From NCBI GenBank assembly GCA_037441475.1, contig JBBISB010000001.1:36418-68417 (forward strand): a stretch of 32,000 nucleotides of DNA. The letters run 5' to 3'. The translations under genes were made by a program, and so were the position numbers. Under the pieces are notes generated by a model. That model made no database searches and had not been told where the DNA came from. It saw only the letters and a list, made by a program, of their open reading frames with translations. The DNA is from Candidatus Iainarchaeum sp. Lineage in GTDB: Archaea > Iainarchaeota > Iainarchaeia > Iainarchaeales > CSSED10-239. Of the stretch, positions 8,998-18,600 are shown one piece after another. The first letter of the stretch is position 1; every line of letters starts with the position of its first letter.

Positions 8998-9609
8998 ATG
9001 ATGCTGATATCAATATTACAGGTACTTTTAGTTTTTGTTTTACCTGTGTATCTTTTATACAAAAAGATTATTCCTTTCAAGTATAGGTTGCATGTTCTTT
9101 TTGCTATTTTTTTAGTTGTTATTGTTTTTATTTATTTAGAGGGAATGACTTTTTATGATCTTGGTATAAGGTTTGATAATATTGATTCTCATATCTTTCC
9201 TTACATAGCCTTTACTGTTCTTGTTTCCTTTGCTATTTATTATCTTTCAAAGTATGTTTTAAAAAGAGAGTATTATATCCATTATTGGCATGAAAAGAGA
9301 TTTCATATAATGATATTTATTCCTCTATCATTCTTGCAGGAGTTTATCTTTAGAGGGTATTTAATACCTAAGCTTTTTGATATTTTTACATCTTCAATAA
9401 TTGTTGCTTTTGTAAACGCCTTACTTTTCATGTATATACATGTTGTTTACAGTAATAAAAATATTGATCTTATTTTGGTTTTCTTAGAAGGATTTTTACT
9501 TGCGATGATTTATATTTTCTATCCGAACTTAATATTTGCAACAATTGCTCACTCTATGCATAACTTTATAGCTATTTTCTTTAAGTTTTTTATAGATGAG
9601 AGAGTTTAA
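8998..9609 (+). CDS. CPBP-family intramembrane metalloprotease (CAAX protease-like)
   Basis: Multi-TM; FLQEFIFRGYL (EExxxR-like with Q for first E), YIHVVY (FxxxH-like region), IAHSMHNFIA (HxxxN). Confidence 0.75.
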   Translation: MMLISILQVLLVFVLPVYLLYKKIIPFKYRLHVLFAIFLVVIVFIYLEGMTFYDLGIRFDNIDSHIFPYIAFTVLVSFAIYYLSKYVLKREYYIHYWHEKRFHIMIFIPLSFLQEFIFRGYLIPKLFDIFTSSIIVAFVNALLFMYIHVVYSNKNIDLILVFLEGFLLAMIYIFYPNLIFATIAHSMHNFIAIFFKFFIDERV

Positions 9610-9732
9610 TTTTTTTTAAAAATTGTTTAATCTTTATTTTTTTAAAAATTATCTTTTTTTTAAAAATTAATTTACTTTTAAAAGCTTTTGTTTCATAGAT
9701 ATTAATATTCTTTAAACTAATAAAAGATTTAT

Positions 9733-11561
9733 ATGTGTGGAATTGTAGGTTATATTGGAAAAAGAGATGTTTTACCTCTCTTGGTTAATGCTCTTTTAAG
9801 GTTAGAGTATAGAGGGTATGACTCCTGTGGTGTTTCTTTTTTAATAAATGGAAAAGTTGAAACAGTTAAGACAAAAGGGAAAGTTTTAACCTTAAAAGAA
9901 AAGATTGATTTTACAAGAAAAGCAAGCCTAGGTATTGCACATACAAGATGGGCTACACATTGAGAGCCTTCTGACATTAATTCACATCCTCACACTGATT
10001 CTTTAAATAAAATAACACTTGTTCATAATGGTATTATAGAAAATTATGAAAGTTTAAAAAAATTTCTTTTAACAAAAGGGTTTACCTTTAAATCACAAAC
10101 AGATTCTGAAGTATTCGCTGCATTAATCTCTTACTTTTATAAAGATGACCTTAAAGATGCGGTTTTAAAAGCAATATCACAAGTTGTAGGTACCTTTGGT
10201 ATACTGGTTATATCAGAGGGTAAACGTGAGATTGTTGTTGCAAGAAAAGGATCTCCAGTTGTTTTAGGTATTGGAAAAGAAGAATATTTTATAGTAAGTG
10301 ATACTTCTGCTATCTTAGAGTATACAAAAGAAGTTGTTTATTTAGAGGATGATGAAATTGTTTTAATAAACGATGAAGGATATTTGATAACTAACTTTAA
10401 TAATGAAAAGATAGATAAAGAAGTTGAAACACTTTCAATAACTATTGATCAAATAGAAAAGCAAGGCTTTAAACATTTCATGCTTAAGGAAATATATGAA
10501 CAGAAAGCCTCTATTAAGAATGCACTTGCAGGAAGACTTAATTTTTCTGAAAAGCAGGTTGTTTTAGGTGGTCTTGATTTTATAACTTTAGAATATTTAA
10601 AAAAATTAAAAAAAATATTTATTTTAGCATGTGGAACCTCTTGGCACTGTGCTTTAGTTTCAAAGTTTATTATTGAAAAGTATTTAAAAATTTCAGTTGA
10701 AGTTGACTATGCCTCTGAGTTTAGGTATAGAGACCCTTTAGTAGACCAAGATACTCTTGTTATTGTTATTTCTCAATCAGGGGAGACTGCAGACACATTA
10801 GCTGCTTTAAGAAAAGCTAAGAGAAAGAAGGCAAGAATCTTAGGGATTGTAAATGTTGTTGGTTCAACAATTGCAAGAGAAGCAGGATGTGGGATATATA
10901 CAAGGGCTGGACCTGAAATTGGTGTTGCCTCTACAAGGCTTTTACAAACCAGTTGGTGTCTATTTGGCTTTTAACTTTATTTGTTGGACAAAAGAATGGT
11001 TTAATCTCTCTTGAGGATAGAGAAAAGATTATTAAAAACCTCTCTTCTTTACCAGATATTCTTTTTGAAACAATTGAAGATAATCTTGAAACTATTAAGG
11101 AAATATCTAAAAGTTTTAAAGACTCTAAAAACTTTTTATATCTTGGAAGAGGGATTAATTACCCTATTGCCTTAGAAGGAGCCTTGAAGCTTAAGGAGAT
11201 ATCATATATTCATGCTGAAGGGTATCCTGCTGCTGAGATGAAGCATGGGCCTATTGCCTTGATTGATAAACAGATGCCTTGTGTTTTTATTGTAAACAAG
11301 AATAACAATTATGAAAAAGTAATTTCAAACATTAATGAGGTTAAGGCAAGGGGTGGTATTATTATCTCTGTTGCAACTGAAGGTGATGTTGATATTAAAA
11401 AAATATCTGACTTTGTAATATATGTAAAAGATATTGATAATGACTTTACTCCTTTTATTAATGTTGTTATAATGCAATTTCTTTCTTACTGTATATCAGA
11501 TCTTAAGGGATGTAATATTGATAAACCTAGAAACCTTGCAAAGTCTGTTACTGTTGAATAG
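9733..11561 (+). pseudogene. glmS: Glutamine--fructose-6-phosphate aminotransferase (isomerizing), interrupted by in-frame TGA (9961-9963) and a -1 frameshift (about 10933-10938)
   Basis: MCGIVGYIGKRDVLPLLVNALLRLEYRGYDSCGV ... HTRWATH[TGA]EPSDINSHPHTD ... ACGTSWHCALVSKF ... SQSGETADTLAAL ... GPEIGVAST / KAFTNQLVSIWLLTLFVG ... GRGINYPIALEGALKLKEISYIHAEGYPAAEMKHGPIALID. With one base restored the length is 610 codons, the size of E. coli GlmS. May be an intact gene with sequence errors. Confidence 0.88.
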
Positions 11562-11674
11562 TTTCTCTTTTGAAAGGTTTGGTTATTTTTTTTTAATAAA
11601 GAATAGGTTTAAAAACATTTCTTCACTTGTATATTTATACAATAATAAAAGTTGTTTAAAAAGATTTGAAAAAT

Positions 11675-11941
11675 ATGAATGAATATAAAATATTTAAGGC
11701 ACTTGGAGAAAAGACAAGGTATTCAATAGTTTTAAAACTTCTTGAAGCAAAAGACAACTGTTGTACAGATCTTGCTTCTTTTACAGGTAAAGACCTTTCT
11801 ACAATTTCAAGGCAGCTTTCTATCTTAGAGAAGGAAGGGATAATCATTATTGAAAAGATTAACAAATCTAAGTGTATTAAAATAAAAGATAAAAAACTAT
11901 TATTAAAGATAATAGCTGATATTAAACAACTTAAAAAATAA
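11675..11941 (+). CDS. ArsR-like winged-helix transcriptional regulator
   Basis: YKIFKALGEKTRYSIVLKLLEAKDNCCTDLASFTGKDLSTISRQLSILEKEGIIIIEK is HTH_5-like. Track start 11666 is TTG; ATG at 11675 is likelier. Confidence 0.8.
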   Translation: MNEYKIFKALGEKTRYSIVLKLLEAKDNCCTDLASFTGKDLSTISRQLSILEKEGIIIIEKINKSKCIKIKDKKLLLKIIADIKQLKK

Positions 11942-11966
11942 TTTTTTTTAAAAGAAGATAAGATAT

Positions 11967-11985
11967 TTCTTTTAGAATAAAAGAA
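11967..11985. terminator. Hairpin after the ArsR-like gene, followed by a T-rich tract
   Basis: TTCTTTTA-GAA-TAAAAGAA perfect 8-bp inverted repeat, then TCTTTCTTTTT. Confidence 0.35.
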
Positions 11986-12046
11986 TCTTTCTTTTTAAAA
12001 TAAAAGAAGATTAAACTATTTTATAAAAATAAAAAGGTGATTTACA

Positions 12047-12277
12047 ATGAATAATATAATAGTATACTCTACAAAATCATGCCCTTACTGCGTAATGGCA
12101 AAAGAATACTTAAAATCCAAGAACATAACATTTGAAGATGTTGATGTAGGATCTGACATGACAAGAGCCATGGAAATGATTAGAAAATCTGGTCAACAAG
12201 GGGTTCCTGTTTTAGATGTTAATGGACAGATAATTATTGGTTTTAACAGACCAGCAATTGATAATGCATTAAAGTAG
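12047..12277 (+). CDS. Glutaredoxin-like (NrdH/YruB-type) protein
   Basis: IVYSTKSCPYCVMAKEYLKSKNITFEDVDV ... GQQGVPVLDVNGQIIIGFN; preceded by SD AAAGGTGAT. Confidence 0.92.
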   Translation: MNNIIVYSTKSCPYCVMAKEYLKSKNITFEDVDVGSDMTRAMEMIRKSGQQGVPVLDVNGQIIIGFNRPAIDNALK

Positions 12278-12472
12278 TTTTTTATTTTTTAAAAAACTAT
12301 TTTCTTTTTAAAAATTAATTTGTATTTAAACTTTGAATATATTTTTATGATAATTATAAAGTAATAAGATATACATAAAATATATTGTTTGGTTTAAAAC
12401 TATATATTTGTGTGCATAAATATATCGTATACCTACTATCAATTGTATTTAAATATAAAAAAAAGTTAAAAA

Positions 12473-12531
12473 AGAGGGTCTTTGCTTACTTTTAAGAGAG
12501 GTTAGACCCAAATCATTAGATTTGTGACTCT
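12473..12531. other. Structured intergenic element (nested inverted repeats); possible terminator or small RNA downstream of the minus-strand operon
   Basis: GGGTCT(12476-12481)/AGACCC(12504-12509); CAAATC-ATTA-GATTTG (12509-12524); AGAG(12473-12476)/CTCT(12528-12531) could close the element. On the minus strand GGGTCT...AGACCC is followed by TCTTTTTT. Confidence 0.4.
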
Positions 12532-12549
12532 ATTGCAATATATATGAGA

Positions 12550-12762
12550 TTAAAGACTAACATTATCTTGCACAAAAGTTTCTTTTAGCTCAACTAAGCT
12601 TGCTATATAGGGTTTACCTTTTATTGATTTATTTAAGATAAGTCTTCTGTATGACCAAGCATCGTTAGAGACTTGATAACCATTATTCTTAAGATCTCTA
12701 AAAATATCTTTCTTTTCATTGTATGAAACAAATCTTGCAAGGTTTAATAGGTATTCTGCCAT
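12550..12762 (-). CDS. Hypothetical 70-aa protein, last gene of the lysS-DHH operon
   Basis: Starts 2 nt after the DHH-family stop codon, same strand. Confidence 0.5.
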   Translation of the reverse strand: MAEYLLNLARFVSYNEKKDIFRDLKNNGYQVSNDAWSYRRLILNKSIKGKPYIASLVELKETFVQDNVSL

Positions 12763-12764
12763 AA

Positions 12765-13706
12765 TTAATCATATTTAAAGTCACTTAAGCTATTTAGGGT
12801 GAAAGCAGAAGCACCGGGGTGACCTCCTCCATTAAAGTCTTTGGCTATTAATGAAAGATCCACTTTTGATTCTTTTCTTTTTCTTAAACTAAACTTAAAT
12901 TTTCCTGTTTTATATTCTTTGTACCAGATAATTATTATTTCAATATTTTTATATTTTTTTTCTTTAAAGAAAACATCTGCAAAAACACTTGCAAAAAAGA
13001 GTGTATTGATGATGAATGTTTTTCTCCCATAGAAATTAATTATTTTTCCATAATAAAGTTGTTCTTTAATATTTTTTGTTTGATGTTCTACAACTACTTT
13101 TCCTTTTTCAATAATTTTTTGTTTTTCTATATTAAAGTAATCAAAGTCAAGATGTTTTAAAACATAGTTAATTGTTTTTTTTGTAAAGGTTCCTTTAAAA
13201 TCCTCTAAACCAGCTATAAAATATTTTGTGTCAGGGAGCTTAAAGGCCCAAAGATCTAAATCCTGTATATACTTTACAAAATCAGGGGCAGAATCTTTTT
13301 TAAAGTATTTCCACACTAAAAAACAAGCAGCATACTTAGGATCTCTAATACCATTTATTTTTATGTTTTTTTTAGAAAGTGCTAAATCTATTTCTTCATC
13401 ACTTCTTTTATGATGATCAATCAAGATTAAGTTTTCTTTAAAATGATAATAGAAGGAAAGCATTGTTTCTTGAGGAAAGCTTAGATCTGTTATTATCATT
13501 TGAGAGTAGTTTTTTAAATCTATTTTCTTTTTAGAAAATATTTTTTTAAGATCCTCTCCATGTTCATAATCAACTATATCTGAATACTTGTATATATTTT
13601 TTAGGTTTCTAGAAAGATTATTTTTTTCTAAATAATTATAGATATAGCTAACAGCAGAAGTTATGCCATCTGCATCTCTGTGAGAGAGAATCAATATTTT
13701 TTTCAT
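12765..13706 (-). CDS. DHH-family phosphoesterase with DHHA1 domain (RecJ/NrnA-like)
   Basis: ILSHRDADGITSAVS, MIITDLSF, LILIDHHKR, C-terminal FNGGGHPGASAF. Confidence 0.9.
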   Translation of the reverse strand: MKKILILSHRDADGITSAVSYIYNYLEKNNLSRNLKNIYKYSDIVDYEHGEDLKKIFSKKKIDLKNYSQMIITDLSFPQETMLSFYYHFKENLILIDHHKRSDEEIDLALSKKNIKINGIRDPKYAACFLVWKYFKKDSAPDFVKYIQDLDLWAFKLPDTKYFIAGLEDFKGTFTKKTINYVLKHLDFDYFNIEKQKIIEKGKVVVEHQTKNIKEQLYYGKIINFYGRKTFIINTLFFASVFADVFFKEKKYKNIEIIIIWYKEYKTGKFKFSLRKRKESKVDLSLIAKDFNGGGHPGASAFTLNSLSDFKYD

Positions 13707-13709
13707 AAT

Positions 13710-13868
13710 CTATTTAAGTTTTTGTCTTTGGAAGAAATCTGCCTTATTCCATAATTCTTCATGTCTTCTTTTTATTTCTTCTTTTTTTCTTATGTCAGCT
13801 TCACAACCTTTACAGTAAATTCTTGTTGAATCTACCATTTTTCTACATTTTATGCATCTATTGACCAT
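13710..13868 (-). CDS. 52-aa zinc-ribbon protein (not in ORF track)
   Basis: Minus-strand translation MVNRCIKCRKMVDSTRIYCKGCEADIRKKEEIKRRHEELWNKADFFQRQKLK*. CxxC-x12-CxxC; overlaps the lysS stop by 11 nt and ends 3 nt before the DHH start. Confidence 0.8.
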   Translation of the reverse strand: MVNRCIKCRKMVDSTRIYCKGCEADIRKKEEIKRRHEELWNKADFFQRQKLK

Positions 13869-15363
13869 CTTTATCACTTGCCTCCACCTTCTTTAAAGAA
13901 GATTCCTCTTCTTTTAATAAAGGAAATAATATAACATTTCTGATGTTTTGTGAATTTGTTAAAAGTATTACAAGTCTGTCTATCCCAATACCAATACCGT
14001 AAGCAGGAGGCATACCAAACTTTAATGATTCAATAAAGTCTGAATCAACTGGATGATTCTCGCCCTTAGATTTTCCTTGATCTTTTTGTTCTATCATTAA
14101 CTGTTCTTGAAGGAAAGAATCGTTAAGCTCACTATACATATTTGCAAGCTCCATACCGTTTAAATATGGCTCGTTTCTTTCAATTAAGTTTTTATTATCT
14201 CTGTGTAGTTTACATAGAGGAGTTGTTTCTTTAGGGTGATCTATTATGTGTATTGGACCGTATAACTTATCCTCACAGAAATGTTCAAAGATTTCTGCAA
14301 TAGCAAGACCTCTCTTATATTCTTCAATCTCTATTCTTTCTTTCTTTAAAAGTTCTTTAATCTCTTGGTCTGATAATTTATCTATATCTATGTTTGAATA
14401 TTTAAAGATAGCTTCTTTCATGGTTAATTTTGGCCATGGTTTTTTAAAATCAAATTCTTTTCCATCATAGATAATCTTTGTTGTACCAAAGACATTCATT
14501 GTTACATACTCAAGCATTTCTTCTAAGATATCCATTGCTGTGTTATAATCTTTGTAAACCTCATAAAGTTCAAGCATAGTAAACTCTGGGTTATGAGATT
14601 TGTCCACACCTTCGTTTCTGAAGTTTTTACAAATAGTGTATACTTTTTCAAAACCACCAACAAGTAATCTTTTTAAGTATAGTTCTGGGGAAACAGATAG
14701 ATATAATGTTCTTTTCCAGACATAGCTTTCTGTTGTGAAAGGTCTTGCATTTGCTCCACCGTAAAGAGGTTGCAAAAGAGGAGTTTCAACTTCTAAAAAA
14801 CCTTTCTCATCTAAGAATCTTCTTATAAGTGAAATTATTTTTGATCTTAAGATAAAAACATCTCTTGATTCTTTGTTTATCATCCAATCAAGGTATCTTT
14901 TTCTATATTTAAGTTCAGCATCTTTAACACCGTGGTATTTTTCTGGAAGAGGCATGAATGCTTTTGAAAGGAAGGTTATCTCTTCTGCATCGACTGATAC
15001 CTCTCCTCTTTTTGTTTTAAATATTTTCCCTCTAACACCTATAATGTCTCCTCTATCAAGGGAGTTTAGTATAATCTTTTCTTTCTCTTTTAGGCTTTCT
15101 TCTTTTACAACAATTTGTATTTTTCCACTTTTGTCATGAACATCTAAAAAAGCAATCTTTCCTAAGTTTCTTATAAGTAAAGTTCTTCCTGCAACACTTG
15201 CAGTTTCTTCTGTGTATTGATCTTCTTTTAAAGAACTGTATTTATCATGTATATCCTTTGCCTCATGTGTTTTATTAAAGGTATATGGGTATGGCTCTAT
15301 GTTGTTATCAATAAGTTTTTGAAAATTAATCTTTCTATTTTCTTCATATTCGTTTGTTGGCAT
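13858..15363 (-). CDS. lysS: Lysyl-tRNA synthetase, class II
   Basis: RKRYLDWMINKESRDVFILRSKIISLIRRFLDEKGFLEVETPLLQPLYGGANARPFTT, FRNEGVDKSHNPEFTMLELY, GIGIGIDRLVILLTNSQNIRNVILFPL; class II motifs 1-3. Confidence 0.95.
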   Translation of the reverse strand: MPTNEYEENRKINFQKLIDNNIEPYPYTFNKTHEAKDIHDKYSSLKEDQYTEETASVAGRTLLIRNLGKIAFLDVHDKSGKIQIVVKEESLKEKEKIILNSLDRGDIIGVRGKIFKTKRGEVSVDAEEITFLSKAFMPLPEKYHGVKDAELKYRKRYLDWMINKESRDVFILRSKIISLIRRFLDEKGFLEVETPLLQPLYGGANARPFTTESYVWKRTLYLSVSPELYLKRLLVGGFEKVYTICKNFRNEGVDKSHNPEFTMLELYEVYKDYNTAMDILEEMLEYVTMNVFGTTKIIYDGKEFDFKKPWPKLTMKEAIFKYSNIDIDKLSDQEIKELLKKERIEIEEYKRGLAIAEIFEHFCEDKLYGPIHIIDHPKETTPLCKLHRDNKNLIERNEPYLNGMELANMYSELNDSFLQEQLMIEQKDQGKSKGENHPVDSDFIESLKFGMPPAYGIGIGIDRLVILLTNSQNIRNVILFPLLKEEESSLKKVEASDKDGQ

Positions 15364-15472
15364 AAATAATCCCTAAAATATTATATATATATAGATAAAT
15401 ATGTTTAAATATATTATTGTATTTAGTATATTTAGAATATTTTTAAAAAAATAGAAAAAGAGGTTAAAAAGT

Positions 15473-15625
15473 ATGCCATGCATGAGAAAAAAGCCAAGTA
15501 CTTTTGGTAAAGATGTTTTTGCAACCACAAATAAAAGCAGTTTAAGAAATAATGGGTCTAAGGAAAACGCAGCAAGAAACAATAACCAAAGACTTATTAA
15601 AAAACCTGCAAACAGTAGACAATAA
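15473..15625 (+). CDS. 50-aa Asn/Lys-rich basic small protein (not in ORF track)
   Basis: MPCMRKKPSTFGKDVFATTNKSSLRNNGSKENAARNNNQRLIKKPANSRQ*; SD-like AAGAGGT 8 nt upstream of ATG. The opposite-strand ORF 15373..15582 is low-complexity hydrophobic. Confidence 0.5.
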   Translation: MPCMRKKPSTFGKDVFATTNKSSLRNNGSKENAARNNNQRLIKKPANSRQ

Positions 15626-15668
15626 AAAAATAGGTTCCTAAAAATAAAAAAATAGGAAAAGAAAAAAA

Positions 15669-18600
15669 CTATTTTCTTTTCTTATAAATCTCTTTTCTTG
15701 AAAACAAGTACATGAAACTTGCCATAATCACTAAGACATAAAGAGTGAATGGAAGGATCTTTTCTGGAGCAAGAGGGATGTTTAAAGAACCTCTATCACT
15801 ACCTCCAGAACCTGCAAATGGGTTTAAAAGATTCTGAACTGTTGTTCCATATACCTTACCATCTTCCCCAGGTTTAAAAGTTACACCATCCCTGTATTCT
15901 GGGTTGAAAGGTATTAAATGACCATTTTCTGTATACCAGTTACCAGTCTTTGGATCATACCAGAAAGCACCATTCTTTCCTTGTGCTGAAAGTAAGGTCT
16001 CTGTTAGGTCATTATACTTTAATTTTGGAATACCGTCTTCTGCTGAAAACTCAAATTTATGCTCTTGACCATCCTCTGTGGTTACTATAAAACCATCAGG
16101 GGTAGTTAGAATAGAGCTTATAGCTTGATCAATAACTTGTCCAGTTTTTTTATCAATAATCTTCATTCTTTGTTGACATTCTGGAGCTGGTGTTGTATAG
16201 AAAATAAAAGTCTTTGAGGCTGTATCAAACATTTGGAAAGGACCTACTTTTTCTAAAGCCTTGTTCATTTCAACAGACTTTGCAACAGCTTCAGGGTTTG
16301 ACATGTCAGGAGAAATACTCATCTCAAAGGCATTCTCTTCACAGCCTGTAACTGGGTTTGTTTCTTTAATAGGCTTAACATCCATCCCTTTAATCTCAGA
16401 TTGATGCATTACATATGTTTGTTGAACCCACATTATGTAACTGTTTTTTTCTCCGTTGTATATTAATTGTCCTCTTTCAAACTGAACAGCTATGTTTTTA
16501 CCAATAGTTACTTCTTTACCTTCTATAGGGAAAAGCTTAGTTGTTCTATCTCCTAGGACAGTTATTCTTGATGCCTCACCAGAGGCTATTTTTCTTGGTG
16601 TTCCTTCAGCAACTATTTCTAAGCTATTACTTCTTCCTTTTGGTATTAAGTCATACTGTGTTTCAGGAGAGATTTGGTTTGTTGAAGTAACTTGTTTTAC
16701 AGCACCTAAATAATCTGTTAAAACATTGCCTGACATTTCAAGACCAGTTTGTTCATAGTAGTTTGTTTTTAAACAATTTAAGAAATTAATATCTTCTATT
16801 TTTAAGTTACCATAAACATCTATGTTAAACAAAGGAGTGTTTGTGTCTGGAACTGGGATATAGGATATACTGTGAGGAACAACTTTTGCTGGAATACCAA
16901 GGTTTGTTGCTATTAAACGTACCCAATCTTTATTTTCTGGACCAATTATTCTCTTGATATTTCCATCTTTATCAACAATGTTCATTTCTCCTTTTTCCTT
17001 ATCAACTATTAAGGTATCTACTGTTGTCTTATCTATTAAGTGTTCAACACCTTTGTCGTTATAACCGCTTGCTCTACAACTTGAGGCCTCTCCAAGTTCA
17101 AAGAAGAAAAGTTTTCCATCAAATGAAGCTGATGTGTTACCTATAGTTTCTATTCTTGATTGCATTATTGGATTGTCTTTTATTTTTGTTTCAGCAAACT
17201 GTTTTACTTCTTGTGTTGTTTTTGTAATTGATTCTTGAAGTTCTGTGTTTTTTGTAATGTTTGTTAAGGTCTTTTCAACAGAGTATGCACCTTTTGAGAT
17301 TGCATCTCCAACTTTGTTTTTAGGGTCTTTTTCTATTCTTTCAAACTCCTCTTGTGCAACAAAGAAGTGAGTGTAGTAACCTTCTTCATGATCTACACAG
17401 TTGTATATTTCAGGAACAATTACAAGTTGAGGTAAGATATCACCAAAGATTGCACCTAAGACTATTCTATGTTGAGGAACACTTAAGGAATAATAAATTA
17501 CATTTGAAAAACCAGCAGCAACTGCACCTGCTCTATATGATTGACCTGTCCATTGATTTGTCCACCCTATTGGTATTCCCATAACCTCTAGGTTTCTAAG
17601 TTTAGCTGAACATGTTTCTTCTTCTTTTATAGCTGTTAAAAGATTCACTGAGTTTTCTGTTTTAAAACCAGCTAAAGAACCATCATAGTCTGTGTGGTGA
17701 GAGAAAGCTATTAATGTTTTACCATATTTTTCAAAGTTTTCTCTAGAGGTGTTTTCTAAAAGATAACTTGTTGTTGTAACACCTGTGCTTGTTTGATAGT
17801 TAAGATGTAAGTTGTCATTTATATTTGTACCAATTGTTTGTTTTGCATCTATTGATCTACTTTTTGTAATTTCTTCAAGAAGTCTTGTGTCTCCTATCTT
17901 AATTTGACATGCATTTGTGTTACATGTTTTCATAGTGTCTGTAAGTAAAGCTATGTTATCTGTAAAGCTTCTTCTTATATGCCCTTCAGTAACGTTTCTT
18001 ACCCAGTCTGAAAAGCCTTGTGTTGTTTGCCATTCTGTACTTTCAAGTGCTCCTTTTGGAAGGTTTACCATCCAGAAGATAATTGAGTTAATGTATTGCA
18101 TGAAAAGATCTCCTTGATCAGAACCATCGTTTGCAAAGAAATCTATGTAGGAGTCATTATAGATATCTCCAGTTTCTCCATGTTTAAAGATTACTGATGT
18201 GTATGTTTCTGGTATTCTAAACATACTGTATCTATCAAATGCTCCCCCAAGTAAAGTAGAACCAGCTGTCTTAAATTGCCAGTATCCAAAGTTATAAAGG
18301 TAAGCTTTTCCTGAATCTGCAATAATATCAAATGCTCTTTTATCCCATTGAGTAATTGTTTGTTGTTTCATTCTTTGGTTTATATAGTTTAAACCTCTTC
18401 CTGTACTCCAACCTTGATTATTTAAGACAGTTACAACACCGTCTGTTACTAGTTCAGCATCTTTTATTTTCTTAGCCCCCATTTCTTGGAAATAACCTAA
18501 GGAAACTTCTAAAGGGTTAATTCCGTATTTTGGAAGATCTGCATCTGGAATTCCTGTTTCAATAATATTTCTCATGTTTATAGGTTCATTTGGTTTTATA

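Noticed and set aside
8998-9609. Degenerate, inactive CPBP protease
   Set aside because: Only the first Glu of EExxxR is Gln; the second Glu, the Arg and the HxxxN region remain. This is not enough to claim loss of activity.
9961-9963. Genome-wide TGA=Gly code (SR1/Gracilibacteria code)
   Set aside because: GGA/GGT are used for glycine everywhere, TGA ends apparently complete genes, and the intronic tRNA and class III signal peptides are archaeal. Kept only as a local test case.
12473-12531. tRNA gene
   Set aside because: The arms do not fit a cloverleaf: no GGTTCRAATC T-arm and no 7-bp acceptor stem on either strand.
15373-15582. 69-aa minus-strand hydrophobic ORF upstream of lysS
   Set aside because: Low-complexity Phe/Leu/Ile translation opposite the more plausible 50-aa plus-strand ORF, with an AT-rich upstream tail.
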